Part shown: positions 30,462-40,427 of the stretch, in pieces | Numbering within the stretch: position 1 is the first letter of the stretch | Layout of the letters: every line of letters starts with the position of its first letter | Source of the DNA: an uncultured Solirubrobacterales bacterium | GTDB lineage: Bacteria; Actinomycetota; Thermoleophilia; Solirubrobacterales; Solirubrobacteraceae | DNA: 64,000 nt | Direction: 5' to 3' | Assembly: GCA_963704385.1 (NCBI GenBank) | Contig: OY969904.1 | Span: forward strand, 4,908,825-4,972,824 | Position numbers and translations under genes: made by a program | The notes under the pieces: model-generated | Databases searched by the model: none | What the model saw: only the letters and a program-made list of their open reading frames with translations | What the model was told of the DNA's origin: nothing

Positions 30462-30816
30462 TACCCCGCGCTCGGTCTCAGAGTCGTATTGGGCTGCGGA
30501 GTGCCGCCGCGACATCGACGAGGTGGTCGAGCACTACCAGCCTGACGGAACGTACGAGGGCCCAGATGGTCTTAGGCGCGGGCACGACGAAATACGAAGG
30601 ATGTACGAGGAGCACGCACGTAACTATCCGGGTCTTGAGGTCGAGATCGTGCAGGAGTTCCCTCGCGGCGACTCGTCAGCGCTTGAGTTTGACGCGGCGT
30701 TTGTCGACACAGCCGGGAAGCGCTATCGGGTGCGCGGCGTCAATGTCGTGCGCGTGCGGGACGGGAAGTTCGTTTCCGTGCGCTCATATGAAGACTCGCC
30801 GGTCCCTGAACAATAA
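30454..30816 (+). CDS. SnoaL/NTF2-like protein
   Basis: DIDEVVEHY.PDG.Y, RGHDEIRRMY, VRDGKFVSVRSY. Confidence 0.85.
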   Translation: MTDTPRSVSESYWAAECRRDIDEVVEHYQPDGTYEGPDGLRRGHDEIRRMYEEHARNYPGLEVEIVQEFPRGDSSALEFDAAFVDTAGKRYRVRGVNVVRVRDGKFVSVRSYEDSPVPEQ

Positions 30817-30853
30817 GTGACCGATCCCGCATCGGATCATCGGAGGAAGAGAA

Positions 30854-31939
30854 ATGGCTGAGCTTCGTGTAATTCAAGCCGGGGCTGGCTTTTGGGGCAC
30901 CGGCTGGGCGAAGGTTCTTACCGAATCCCAATGGGCGAGCCTCGAGGCGCTAGTCGACCTTGACGACGAGGCGCTCCACCGCGTTGCAGACTCTGTTGCG
31001 CTCCCCGCTGATCGCCGATTTTCCTCGGTCAGCGACGCGCTCGCGAGTTGCGACGTGGATGCCGCGGTTGTCGTTGTACCTCCGGAGGCGCATGCACCCG
31101 TGGCGATAGAAGCGCTTGAGGCCGGCCTCCATTGCCTCATCGAGAAGCCGCTCGCTCCCACCTTCGCGGAGGCGACGAGGATTGTCGAGACGGGTGAACG
31201 GGTCGGACGTCAGGTCATGGTCTCGCAGACGTTTCGCTTCAAGCGAGGGGCGCGCACCGTGCAGCGCCTCGTCGAGGAAGGCGCCGTCGGCCGGATCGGG
31301 GCGGTTCACGGGCGTCTCTTCAAGGAAATGCACGTTCCGGGTTTCCGCGAATTGATGGATGAGCCCCTGATCGTCGATCAAACGATCCATCATTTCGACT
31401 TCGTCCGAGGCGTGTTTGATCTCGAGCCGGTCAGAGTGCGCGCGCACAGCTACAACCCGTCCTGGAGCTGGTTCCGCGGCAACGCGAATGCGATCGTCGA
31501 CTTCGAAACCGAGGACGGTGCCTTCGTGTCCTATTCCGGCAGCTGGGTGTCGCGTGGCGGCCCCGAGATCAACACGACGATCGACGGATCTTGGGACATT
31601 CAGGGCGACAACGGCGCTATCCAATGGGACCACAACAACGTCGTCCTCGTTCCCCAGGACTTCGCCGACGTACTGTTCAGGCCGGGAGCGCTCGAGCGGT
31701 ACGGCCAGACCCTCGAGGTGCCTTTGATTCCCCTGGAAGAGGAGGAGCGGTGGGGCGTATTGCGCGAGTTTGCGGCGGCGATTCGGGAAGGGCGCCCGGC
31801 CGAAACGAATGGAAGGCAAAACCTGGGTAGCTTGGCCCTCGTTCTCGCAGCGGCCGAAGCGACTCAACGTGGTGGCTGGCTTGAAATCTCAGAGTTCATT
31901 CGTGGATCTACCGGCGAAGAAGTGGTCGCCTCGCAGTAG
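30854..31939 (+). CDS. Gfo/Idh/MocA oxidoreductase
   Basis: GAGFWG, LIEKPLA, DQTIHHFD. Confidence 0.92.
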   Translation: MAELRVIQAGAGFWGTGWAKVLTESQWASLEALVDLDDEALHRVADSVALPADRRFSSVSDALASCDVDAAVVVVPPEAHAPVAIEALEAGLHCLIEKPLAPTFAEATRIVETGERVGRQVMVSQTFRFKRGARTVQRLVEEGAVGRIGAVHGRLFKEMHVPGFRELMDEPLIVDQTIHHFDFVRGVFDLEPVRVRAHSYNPSWSWFRGNANAIVDFETEDGAFVSYSGSWVSRGGPEINTTIDGSWDIQGDNGAIQWDHNNVVLVPQDFADVLFRPGALERYGQTLEVPLIPLEEEERWGVLREFAAAIREGRPAETNGRQNLGSLALVLAAAEATQRGGWLEISEFIRGSTGEEVVASQ

Positions 31940-31999
31940 CTCGATTGACGCCGATGGTCCTAGCGCATTGGGCGCCGGGCGTAAAGGAGCAGACGAAAG

Positions 32000-32815
32000 A
32001 TGAGCTTCACGGTTGACCTATCCTCACGCGTAGCAGTGGTTACCGGCGCGAGTTCCGGAATGGGCGCACGCATTGCGGGAGCCCTCGCGGCGTCAGGTGC
32101 CGCGGTCGCGTTGAGCGGACGCGACACGACCCGTCTTGAGCGAGTCGGGAGGCAGATACAAAGCGCGGGGGCTGAGTGTCACACTATTGTGGCCGACCTC
32201 GAAGAGGATTCGGCTGGCACCGCCATCGTCGACAAAACCGTGGAGCGGTTTGGCAGGCTCGACATTCTCGTCTGTTGCGCGGGTGTCCTCCACATCGGGC
32301 TCCTCGAGGAGACGTCGCTGGAGACCCTCGACCTTCAGTGGCGAGTGAACGTTCGGGCGCCTTTTGCTCTCTCGCAGGCGGCGATTCCGCACCTGCGGGA
32401 GGGTGGGGGCTCGATCGTGTATTTCATCTCGCCGGCGGGGGAGATCGGGCAGGCATATGCCGGCGCGTACGGCATGAGTAAGGCGGCGCTCGCGCAGCTG
32501 ACTCGGACGCTCGCGGTTGAGCTCGCCAGCGACGGCGTGCGCGTGAATGCCATCTCGCCGGGCTGGATCGAGACACCAATGAACGCTGAGCTCCGACAGG
32601 ATCCGATGGTGGTTGCGCTCGCTCTCGCGACGACCCCCGCCGGTCGCCTGGGAAGTCCGGACGACATTGCCCCGGCGGTTCTGTTCTTGGTCTCGGATGC
32701 CGCTGACTACATCACCGGAGCGATTCTTCCGGTGAGCGGCGGGTATCCATCACTTCCCAGCAGCCTTCTCGCTAAGGAGGAGCGGGCCTCCCAATCCGTG
32801 GCGCACGCCGACTGA
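32000..32815 (+). CDS. SDR oxidoreductase
   Basis: TGASSGMG, YGMSKAA, NAISPG. Confidence 0.92.
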   Translation: MSFTVDLSSRVAVVTGASSGMGARIAGALAASGAAVALSGRDTTRLERVGRQIQSAGAECHTIVADLEEDSAGTAIVDKTVERFGRLDILVCCAGVLHIGLLEETSLETLDLQWRVNVRAPFALSQAAIPHLREGGGSIVYFISPAGEIGQAYAGAYGMSKAALAQLTRTLAVELASDGVRVNAISPGWIETPMNAELRQDPMVVALALATTPAGRLGSPDDIAPAVLFLVSDAADYITGAILPVSGGYPSLPSSLLAKEERASQSVAHAD

Positions 32816-32895
32816 AGGTCGACCTCGGGGGAGCTGGTGCGTCCTCGTCGGCTGGCCTGCAGGTCCGCCTGATCGCGCCCAAGGAGAACGAAGCC

Positions 32896-33134
32896 ATGAG
32901 TGGTTTCGTCGCGGCGCGACTACCATAAGAGCGTTGCCGGACAGTCTTACTCAGCGACGAACCCTCGGTGCGCCGCTGGTGGCCGGCTGGGCGATCTACT
33001 TGACCGTGGTTTTGGCATCGAACGCCACCGATTTACCCATTTTGTTTGGATGGTTCCGGACCTCAGTCATCAGCCCCGACGATCGCTTCCATGCGATGGA
33101 CGCCTCGGAGCGCACGATCGCAAAGGCGGCATGA
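32896..33134 (+). pseudogene. Degraded small membrane-protein gene
   Basis: AAGGAG SD plus ATG 32896 stops after 10 codons; another frame gives hydrophobic LVAGWAIYLTVVLASNATDL. Confidence 0.35.
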
Positions 33135-33161
33135 GCAGTTAGGCGCGGCGGGCCCGCCCTG

Positions 33162-34642
33162 AAGGTCGCCGGCCCTCCGCGTCGAACGACATACGTCGAA
33201 GGCACGCGCGGGTAGCAGCCGCGCGGCCGGTCATTCGAGCACGAAGGGCCGACCGGGACCCAACGGTATGCGATGGGTCGGGCTGAACGCTGCCCGCGTC
33301 AGGTTCGACGCGAGGAGACGAGCAATGACGATCGTGATGGGTCTTGACCAGCACCGAGCGCAGATCACCGCGGAGTGGGTCGACACCGACACGGGTGAGA
33401 TTGGCCGTAGCCGGGTGACGCCGGCTAACCGAGCGACGGTGCGGCGGTTCCTTGAGCGCTTCCGGGGCCGGCGGCTCGAGGTGGCGTTGGAGGCGACGAC
33501 CGGCTGGCGGTTTGTGGTCGAGGAGCTTGAGCGGGTCGGCGCGGCTGTGCATCTCGCCGAGCCGGCGGAGACCGCGGAGCGGCGGGGGCGCAAGAAGCGC
33601 GCGAAGACCGATCGGGCCGACGCCAGGCTGTTGCGGGAGCTGGTGATGACCGGCCGCCTGCCAGAGTCGTGGATCGCGCCCGGGCACATCCTCGACCTCC
33701 GCGCGCGTGTGCGGCTGCGCCACACACTGGTCGATCAGCGCGGCGAGTGGCAGCAGCGGATTCACTCGGTCCTCTACCACCACGGCGTGCCGCAGCGCCG
33801 AGGGCTCGGGCTGTTGACCGCCGACGGCCGCGCCTGGCTCGCGCGCGGGCCGCTGTCGCCGGCGGCGCGCGAGCAGGTCACCGTCGCGCTCGCGATGATC
33901 GACAAGCTCGACGCCCAGCTCGCGCCGATCGACAAGCAGCTGCGTGCATACGCGCGCCGGCAGCCAGGCTGCAAGGCGCTGATGGGCCTCTACGGTATCG
34001 GTCACCTGACCGCGGTCACGATCCTGGCCGAGCTCGGCGACGCCCGCCGGTTCTCCTCCTCGCGCGACGCCGTCCGCTACTCGGGCCTGGACATCACGGT
34101 CAGCCAATCCGACCGGCGACGCGCACCCGGGCACCTGAGCCGCCAAGGCCCCCCCGCGCTTCGCTGGGCACTGTATGAGGCCGCCCAGTCAGCCCACCGC
34201 AAGACCAGCCCCGACCGCGACTACTACCTCCAAGCGGCCGAGCGCCTAGGCAATAACCGTGCCTGCTTGGCGATCGCGCGCAAACTCCTCAAGCGCAGCT
34301 ACCACACCCTGCGCGAGCTCGGCGACGAGGCGCTGCAGCCCGCGTGACATCCGACCGTGCGCGCGCAGTCCTCACTCACACCGATGCGCCGCGGCCGGCT
34401 CCCGTCAGTCGCCTGCCGCCACGTCCCCGCGTGGACGGCCTCCAAAGACCGAGCGGCCGCAACGCCTACCCCCAGCGGGATCACACCCCATCAACCATCA
34501 TGTCGCCGAGCCACCACACCAACAGGCTCGCGGACCGAGATAAGGCTGGGCGCCCGCGCGCACACGACACCCCACTACCGACCCCGACCAGCAACTTCTT
34601 CACGACCGGAGGGCTTGACAAGGGCCGACAGCACAGATAAGG
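33162..34642 (+). mobile_element. IS110-family insertion sequence (ends inferred)
   Basis: IS110 recombinase, no terminal IRs, shared AAGG at 33162-33165 and 34639-34642, TTGACA near right end. Confidence 0.75.
33325..34347 (+). CDS. IS110 family recombinase/transposase
   Basis: GLDQH (D), ALEATTG (E), KTDRADA (DxxD), GIGHLTAVTILAELGDARRFSS, SQSD (Tnp Ser); GAGGAG SD. Confidence 0.95.
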   Translation: MTIVMGLDQHRAQITAEWVDTDTGEIGRSRVTPANRATVRRFLERFRGRRLEVALEATTGWRFVVEELERVGAAVHLAEPAETAERRGRKKRAKTDRADARLLRELVMTGRLPESWIAPGHILDLRARVRLRHTLVDQRGEWQQRIHSVLYHHGVPQRRGLGLLTADGRAWLARGPLSPAAREQVTVALAMIDKLDAQLAPIDKQLRAYARRQPGCKALMGLYGIGHLTAVTILAELGDARRFSSSRDAVRYSGLDITVSQSDRRRAPGHLSRQGPPALRWALYEAAQSAHRKTSPDRDYYLQAAERLGNNRACLAIARKLLKRSYHTLRELGDEALQPA

Positions 34643-35105
34643 CGACGTAGGAGGCGTCCGCATCCGGCTCTGCGACGCCGGGCGCTGGACGAGTGCAATC
34701 GCCCAATCTCAAGAGTGGGCCGACCGGTCCTGGCGATCGCTTTCGCAGTCCGGCGTAAGTCGGGCCCACGATCCCTTCGGCGACATCTGGATCACCAAGG
34801 GTCGCGGGGCCCGAACGAGTGCTCCGCCACGATCTCGATGGTGAGGGCCAGCCCAGCCGCGCGATCGCCTTCGCCCAAATTCGAGCGAGGATCGGCGCCA
34901 AGCGAGCCTGGCGCGGGTTCAGCTTTGCCCGCAATCCGATCGAAAGCTTGGCCAGGTCGGACCGGGCAAAGCACTCGTGCGCGGCGGTGCGCGCTGCGAG
35001 CCGGGCCGACGACCGCCGCGGACCTACGTTCCTTGCCGCCGGCTTGCGACCGTCGGGTGGCAGGACGTAATGTGGGCCTCTCGGCGTCAACCTGGGAGGT
35101 CCCGG

Positions 35106-35675
35106 ATGTCAGAAGCCCCCGAACAGCTCGCTTTCGACGAGGACTTTGACGAACTCCGTCGGTTGCTCGGCCCAGTTGACGACATTCCGACTGGCTCGAC
35201 CGAGCACGCATTCGCTGCCCGTTACGGGGAGCGTCTGCCCGAAATTCAACAAAAGCTCGGCACGATCCGTGCTCGTCTGAACGACGCCCAGCAGGCCGTG
35301 AAAAGGGTGACGAGTGAACTGCCAGACGAGAAGGATCCCGCGAAACAGAGTCAACTTGCGGTCCAAGCGCTAACCGCCCTCGGAACAGTTGAGGCAAACG
35401 TAAACGATGTTGCCGCAACGGCTGACCTGAGCCTACTCGGGCTTGGGTCTGTAGCGACAACATCACAATCGGCTGCGCCAGTAGCCGCATCGCTAGGAGT
35501 GTTCGGAGGATTCATCAACAAGGTCAAAGCTACGCTAGGCAAGATCAACGCCAGCCTGATCAGCTTCCTAGCCAAGTACATGACATTCCAATCGTGGACC
35601 GTCTCTGGCCAGCTGACTGGTGGGGTTCCTTGGCTGAGTGGCTCAGTCACGCTCGCCCTGACGTTTGGTCCCTGA
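35106..35675 (+). CDS. Hypothetical protein (helical/coiled-coil with hydrophobic C-terminus)
   Basis: GGAGG SD, 189 aa, visibly more A/T-rich codons than flanks. Confidence 0.75.
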   Translation: MSEAPEQLAFDEDFDELRRLLGPVDDIPTGSTEHAFAARYGERLPEIQQKLGTIRARLNDAQQAVKRVTSELPDEKDPAKQSQLAVQALTALGTVEANVNDVAATADLSLLGLGSVATTSQSAAPVAASLGVFGGFINKVKATLGKINASLISFLAKYMTFQSWTVSGQLTGGVPWLSGSVTLALTFGP

Positions 35676-35808
35676 GTTTCGTGATTACCGCTTAGTAGCT
35701 GGAGTGTTCGCCAGTGCGGGCACGTAGACGTCATGAGCCCGAGCGGGCAACGATCTCCGACGACTTGCGTACATGAGCTCGAGGTGAATCGGAGCGATGC
35801 TGTGGAGA

Positions 35809-36482
35809 CTATTCCTGGGCGCAGCGGAGACGATCGAGATCTATCCCTCTCTGCTTGGTGTACACAGCCAGCACAATCGCGAAGAGCATAATCCAGGCGC
35901 TGGCAATTTCGCCAGCTAGCTTGTTCATGCTCTCGAACCGCCGCATCCAGTCTTGATCCAGCACGTCGCCAAACAGGAGCATCTCACTAACGCCGTGGAC
36001 CCACTGATTCACAGGCTCGGCTTCTGACATCCAAATTCGAGCAGGCAGGAACCCTGCGCCGTCGAGCGCGGCTCGGAGTTCGTCTGATCCGGGCCACATG
36101 AGATGGACGGTCTGATGACGGAAGCCGCCGTATGTCTGCTCGACGACCGATTCTTCCTCATCCTCCGGCACGCGATAAACCTCGATGAGAAATTGGCCAA
36201 AAGAGTTTTCCGAACCTGTGCCGACCACGAGCTGTTCGAGTGCGGGGTGATTTTCGAGCGCCTTAACTAGGCGCCGTGCTTCATACACGCGCGTGAATAG
36301 TTGTCGGGCAAAGAACAACGTCTCCCGGAGATGTTGTCCCTCAAGGGCCGGCCTGAGTTGCCCACAAATCACGCCGAGGTCATCGCAGAGCACTGACAGG
36401 CTGTAGACCACTCTGCGATTGCGTCGCCCGGCGGGAACAGTTCGCGGATCGCTACTGGCGGGGGGTTGCGTTCGATATGCAT
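35809..36482 (-). pseudogene. HEPN-like protein with apparent 1-nt frameshift near 36409
   Basis: SD plus ATG 36482 gives MHIERNPPPVAIRELFPPGDAIAEW, continuing in another frame as VYSLSVLCDDL...; RHQTVH = RxxxxH. Confidence 0.55.
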
Positions 36483-36646
36483 ACTCTCCCTCTGAAAGAT
36501 CTCGGTCGTAGCGCCGACCCGGTGCGTTGGGACACATTCATGTCGCGTGTCGCGGGCCAGAGGATCGCTTCGGACATCACGCCGCAGCAGGCGGCGAGCG
36601 CTTCGGTGACCACGCGCGAGTGACGGGTGGAGGTGCGTGTTGAAGA

Positions 36647-37954
36647 TCAATCTGGCGCTGTAAGTGGACCGGAGGGGCCTGTAGCCGAGGGTGCGGAGAG
36701 CGGTGGCGGGTCGAGCAACGCGCTCCCGCTTGGGTCGAGGAAGTCCATGATGGTCTGGGCGTTCGCGTCGCGCCTGGTGAGGGCCGGAAGGTTCCATTTG
36801 GCCTCGATCGTAGCGAGCACGGAGGTGTGGTCGTGGTCTATGTTGGTGGTGGCGCCGACCTTTGAATACGGAGACACGACGATGGCCGGTACCCGTGGCC
36901 CGTACTGGTTGTATCCGACATCCGGATCGCCTGGTTGGAGATCAGGCGGTATGTCGTCCGGCGGGATCGCCGGTGGGGGCGGGACGTGGTCGTAGTAGCC
37001 GCCGTGTTCGTCGTAGACGTATATCAGGCATGTCCGCGGCCAGCTGGGGGATTGCAGGACGGCGGTTACGGCCCTGTGCGCCCAGGTCTCCCCGTAGTAC
37101 ATGTCCTGCGGGTCCTCCTCCGTTTCGGCAGGGTATGCGTCGCTCAGATCTGCACCTATGCCTTTGAGCCAGTCGTCGAACGGCGGCGGGAGTTCGGAGA
37201 TTGGCTTGCCGATTTCGGAGGCCACCCCAATTCGGGGGTCGACGAAGCTGACCGCAGGCAGGTTGCCGGTCTGGCAATCATCGAAGAACTTGTCAATGGG
37301 GTGGTGGTGATCAGGATGCGCGAGGATGCTCCGCCCGATCACCATGCTCATCGGTAGGTCCGAGAAGTAGTCGGTCCAGGTGACGTTGTGGTTAGAGAGA
37401 AGCTCGAAGACCGTTCCACTTGCCGGTGAGTCGGCGATTAGGGGGTCGCCGTGCGTAACTGTGGTCCCGTAGGACGTTCCAGCCAGGAGGAAACGGCGGT
37501 TGGGGTAGGTCGGTCCGGGAAGAGAGCAGAACCAGCGGTTGGCCAGCGTAAAGGTTGAGGCGAGCGAGTAGGCGAACGGGAGAACCTCGGGTGTGTAGTA
37601 GCCCATTGGCTGCTCGGACTTAGCCGATTTGACGAAGCCGTCCATCGTGCCCCCGTTGATCTGATCGTGACTGTCCTTCCAGTTCTGGGAGACGTCTGAG
37701 CCCTGTGCCGTGTTGCTGAGCGGGAAGGACGTGACCACGCTTGGCGTGTTCGCGCTACCGGGGTTTGAGTTGGTCGCCTTGCCATTCTCGAACGTCAAGG
37801 CGCACGCGTCGGGGCGTGTCAGGGAGAGCGCTCCGAGCAGATTGTCGAACGAGTGGTTTTCCATCATCACGACCACCAGGTGGTCAAACGGCATCTCCGG
37901 GTTCGGAGTCCCCGCCGACTTATCGGGGAACGGCAGGCTCCCGGCTTGGCGCAT
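36647..37954 (-). CDS. Phosphoesterase / phospholipase C family
   Basis: HLVVVMMENHSFDN, GPTYPNR, YDEHGGYYDHVPPP, GPRVPAIVVSP, DHTSVL; no clear signal peptide. Confidence 0.92.
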   Translation of the reverse strand: MRQAGSLPFPDKSAGTPNPEMPFDHLVVVMMENHSFDNLLGALSLTRPDACALTFENGKATNSNPGSANTPSVVTSFPLSNTAQGSDVSQNWKDSHDQINGGTMDGFVKSAKSEQPMGYYTPEVLPFAYSLASTFTLANRWFCSLPGPTYPNRRFLLAGTSYGTTVTHGDPLIADSPASGTVFELLSNHNVTWTDYFSDLPMSMVIGRSILAHPDHHHPIDKFFDDCQTGNLPAVSFVDPRIGVASEIGKPISELPPPFDDWLKGIGADLSDAYPAETEEDPQDMYYGETWAHRAVTAVLQSPSWPRTCLIYVYDEHGGYYDHVPPPPAIPPDDIPPDLQPGDPDVGYNQYGPRVPAIVVSPYSKVGATTNIDHDHTSVLATIEAKWNLPALTRRDANAQTIMDFLDPSGSALLDPPPLSAPSATGPSGPLTAPD

Positions 37955-38354
37955 GGCTGTCGGGTTTGTTCCCATACACCGACCATAACTGAGGACAAGC
38001 CGCCGCCGTGCTTTTTCAGACTCCGGCCATCGCCTGCGCGAGCTCTAGACCTTGCGGGTTCGGCGGAAGGCTCGTGGCGTCGTGACGATCGCATTCGCGC
38101 CAGTGCCGACGCCTGGGGCACGATCGCGTTGGCGACATTCGAGTGGCCCAAGACCAGCGCCCTCCTGTTCGCGAGGTCCAGGGGCTGCGCGGGTCGGCGT
38201 GATCCCACCCTGCTTCGGGGTGGGCGCGGTAGTCCGTTGCGTGCTGGTGCGCCGGGGGCTCATTCGTCTGAACTGAGTTGGGTTGCGCGCTTCTGCGGAA
38301 TGGATGATGCGGGTGTCGGCAAGTTTTGACGCTGCGCGACGTTTCATCCGGCGG

Positions 38355-40427
38355 ATGCTCGAACGATCGGCTCGTGTCTGGTCGGCGATCGCGGTGGTGG
38401 GGGCCGTGGCGCTCCTGCTTACCGTCGCCCCGAATTCGCTTGCGCGTCTGGCTCGTTCCGCGCGGGTGTCATCCCCGCCGGAGTACGTGAACAACTCCGA
38501 AGACCCGACGACGGCTTACACCGAGACCGCCAACGTCCCGATCACGATGTCCGACGGCACGATCCTCGCGGCCGACGAGTACATTCCGACGACGTGTACC
38601 GTGGCCAAGTCGTGCCCGGTCATCCTGATCCAGACGCCGTACCGCAAGGGGAACTCTTACTCGACTGACGATATGGAGTCGGCGTCGGACGAGACGATTC
38701 CCTACCTCTACGAGCACGGTTACATCGAGGTCGTTGCGGACGTGCGTGGCACGGGCTCCAGCGAGGGCTACTGGGACTCGTTCGGTCCCCGTGAGCAGCA
38801 GGACGGGGCCGAGCTGGCCCAATGGGTGGCCAACCGGCACAACATCCCGGCGAGCGATGGCAAGATGGGTCTGGCGGGCGTCAGCTACTCCGGCATCAAC
38901 CAGCTGCTCACCGTCGAGGCGATCAACGAGGATATTGCCGGTCACGGACCGCTGACCGATCCAGGCTCGGGCTGCACGAACTCGGCCAGCTTCGACTGCG
39001 GCAACCCCACCCATATCATCCGCAACCCGGTCAAGGCGATCGTGCCCGTCGTGTCGTCGGCGGACGTCTACCGGGACGTCACCTGGGCGGGCGGCAACCT
39101 GGACTCGGGCTTCATCCCCTTGTGGCTTGGGCTGGTCAATGGGCTCGCGGTCGAGCCTCCGGACGAGACGCAGTCCGATCCCGCAGTGGCGCTCAACGCG
39201 GAGTCGGAGCACCTCGAGGACCTGTACCTGTTCGCGGGGTCGGTGGCAGCCGACGGGGCTCTCGGTGCCGACGAGTCGCTACTGCCCGAGGACCTCCAGA
39301 CCTACCCAGAGCAGGCCTACGACGGCCCCTTCTACACGGTGCGCTCGCCGATCACTCACATCGGCGAGGTCGACGTTCCGACCTTCCTGATCGGCGGGAC
39401 CTACGACCTCTTCCAGCGCGGCGAGCCGATCAACTACAACGCCCTGTACCTGCGAGCGACCGAGAAGAAGCTCGTGATCGGGCCCTGGTACCACGTCACC
39501 GAGGGCAGCGGCCTGCCGGCGACCGACACCGCCGGCGACACGATCCCCGACGAGAACGACATCCTGCTCGGCTGGTTCGACCACTGGCTCAAGGGCACAG
39601 ACAACGGGATCCAGCAGTTCCCCAACGTCGAGTCATACCAGCTCGGGGCCGACCATTGGGTGGCGCACACCGGTTACCCCGCCAGCGGAACCACCGGCCA
39701 GCGCTGGTATCTGAACAGCGGTCACACCCTTTCCGCAACGAGGGCTTCAGCCTCCGGTGACGAGGACCTCCCGGCGGTGACCGCCACCGGCGCATGCTCG
39801 CGCTCCACGGTGCAGTGGACGGCTGGAGTGTCGGCCGAGGGCATCGAGCCGGCTCCCGTCTGCGAGAACGACAGCACCGTCACCGAGGCGCAGGGGCTCA
39901 CCTTCACGACCGCCCCGTTCACCAAGCCCTACACGATCAGCGGACCGCTGGAGGCCGACATCTACATGAGCTCGACGGCGACCGACTCCAACGTCATCGC
40001 CACCGTGTCGGACGTCTCCTCGTCGGGTAGTGAGGGCACCACGACCGCCGACGACGTCACCGCGGGGAGCCTGGTCGCCTCGCTGAGGGCGATCACCCCG
40101 ACGCGCTGTGGGAGGGTGGTCCTCGACTGCACCGTCTACCTGGACGGCCAGTCGATCGATCCCTGGCATCCCTACACCCAGGCGTCGCAGGTCCCGCTGC
40201 AGCCGGAAAACATCTACGAGCTGCGGGTCGAGATCTTCCCGACGAGCGAAACGTTCGAGCCCGGCCACCAGATGCGGGTGACGATCACTACCAGCGACAT
40301 CCCCCACGAGATGCAGACCGCATCCACCACGTCTGACTCGGCCGGCATGGACACCTTCTACTTCGGGGGCAGCACCCCGAGCAGCGTCTACCTCGGCACC
40401 ACCACACCGCTCGCTACGACGCCGTGA
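38355..40427 (+). CDS. Secreted CocE/NonD (S15) hydrolase
   Basis: Signal-like N-terminus; QTPYRK, DVRGTGSSEG, GVSYSG nucleophile, GPWYH. Confidence 0.9.
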   Translation: MLERSARVWSAIAVVGAVALLLTVAPNSLARLARSARVSSPPEYVNNSEDPTTAYTETANVPITMSDGTILAADEYIPTTCTVAKSCPVILIQTPYRKGNSYSTDDMESASDETIPYLYEHGYIEVVADVRGTGSSEGYWDSFGPREQQDGAELAQWVANRHNIPASDGKMGLAGVSYSGINQLLTVEAINEDIAGHGPLTDPGSGCTNSASFDCGNPTHIIRNPVKAIVPVVSSADVYRDVTWAGGNLDSGFIPLWLGLVNGLAVEPPDETQSDPAVALNAESEHLEDLYLFAGSVAADGALGADESLLPEDLQTYPEQAYDGPFYTVRSPITHIGEVDVPTFLIGGTYDLFQRGEPINYNALYLRATEKKLVIGPWYHVTEGSGLPATDTAGDTIPDENDILLGWFDHWLKGTDNGIQQFPNVESYQLGADHWVAHTGYPASGTTGQRWYLNSGHTLSATRASASGDEDLPAVTATGACSRSTVQWTAGVSAEGIEPAPVCENDSTVTEAQGLTFTTAPFTKPYTISGPLEADIYMSSTATDSNVIATVSDVSSSGSEGTTTADDVTAGSLVASLRAITPTRCGRVVLDCTVYLDGQSIDPWHPYTQASQVPLQPENIYELRVEIFPTSETFEPGHQMRVTITTSDIPHEMQTASTTSDSAGMDTFYFGGSTPSSVYLGTTTPLATTP

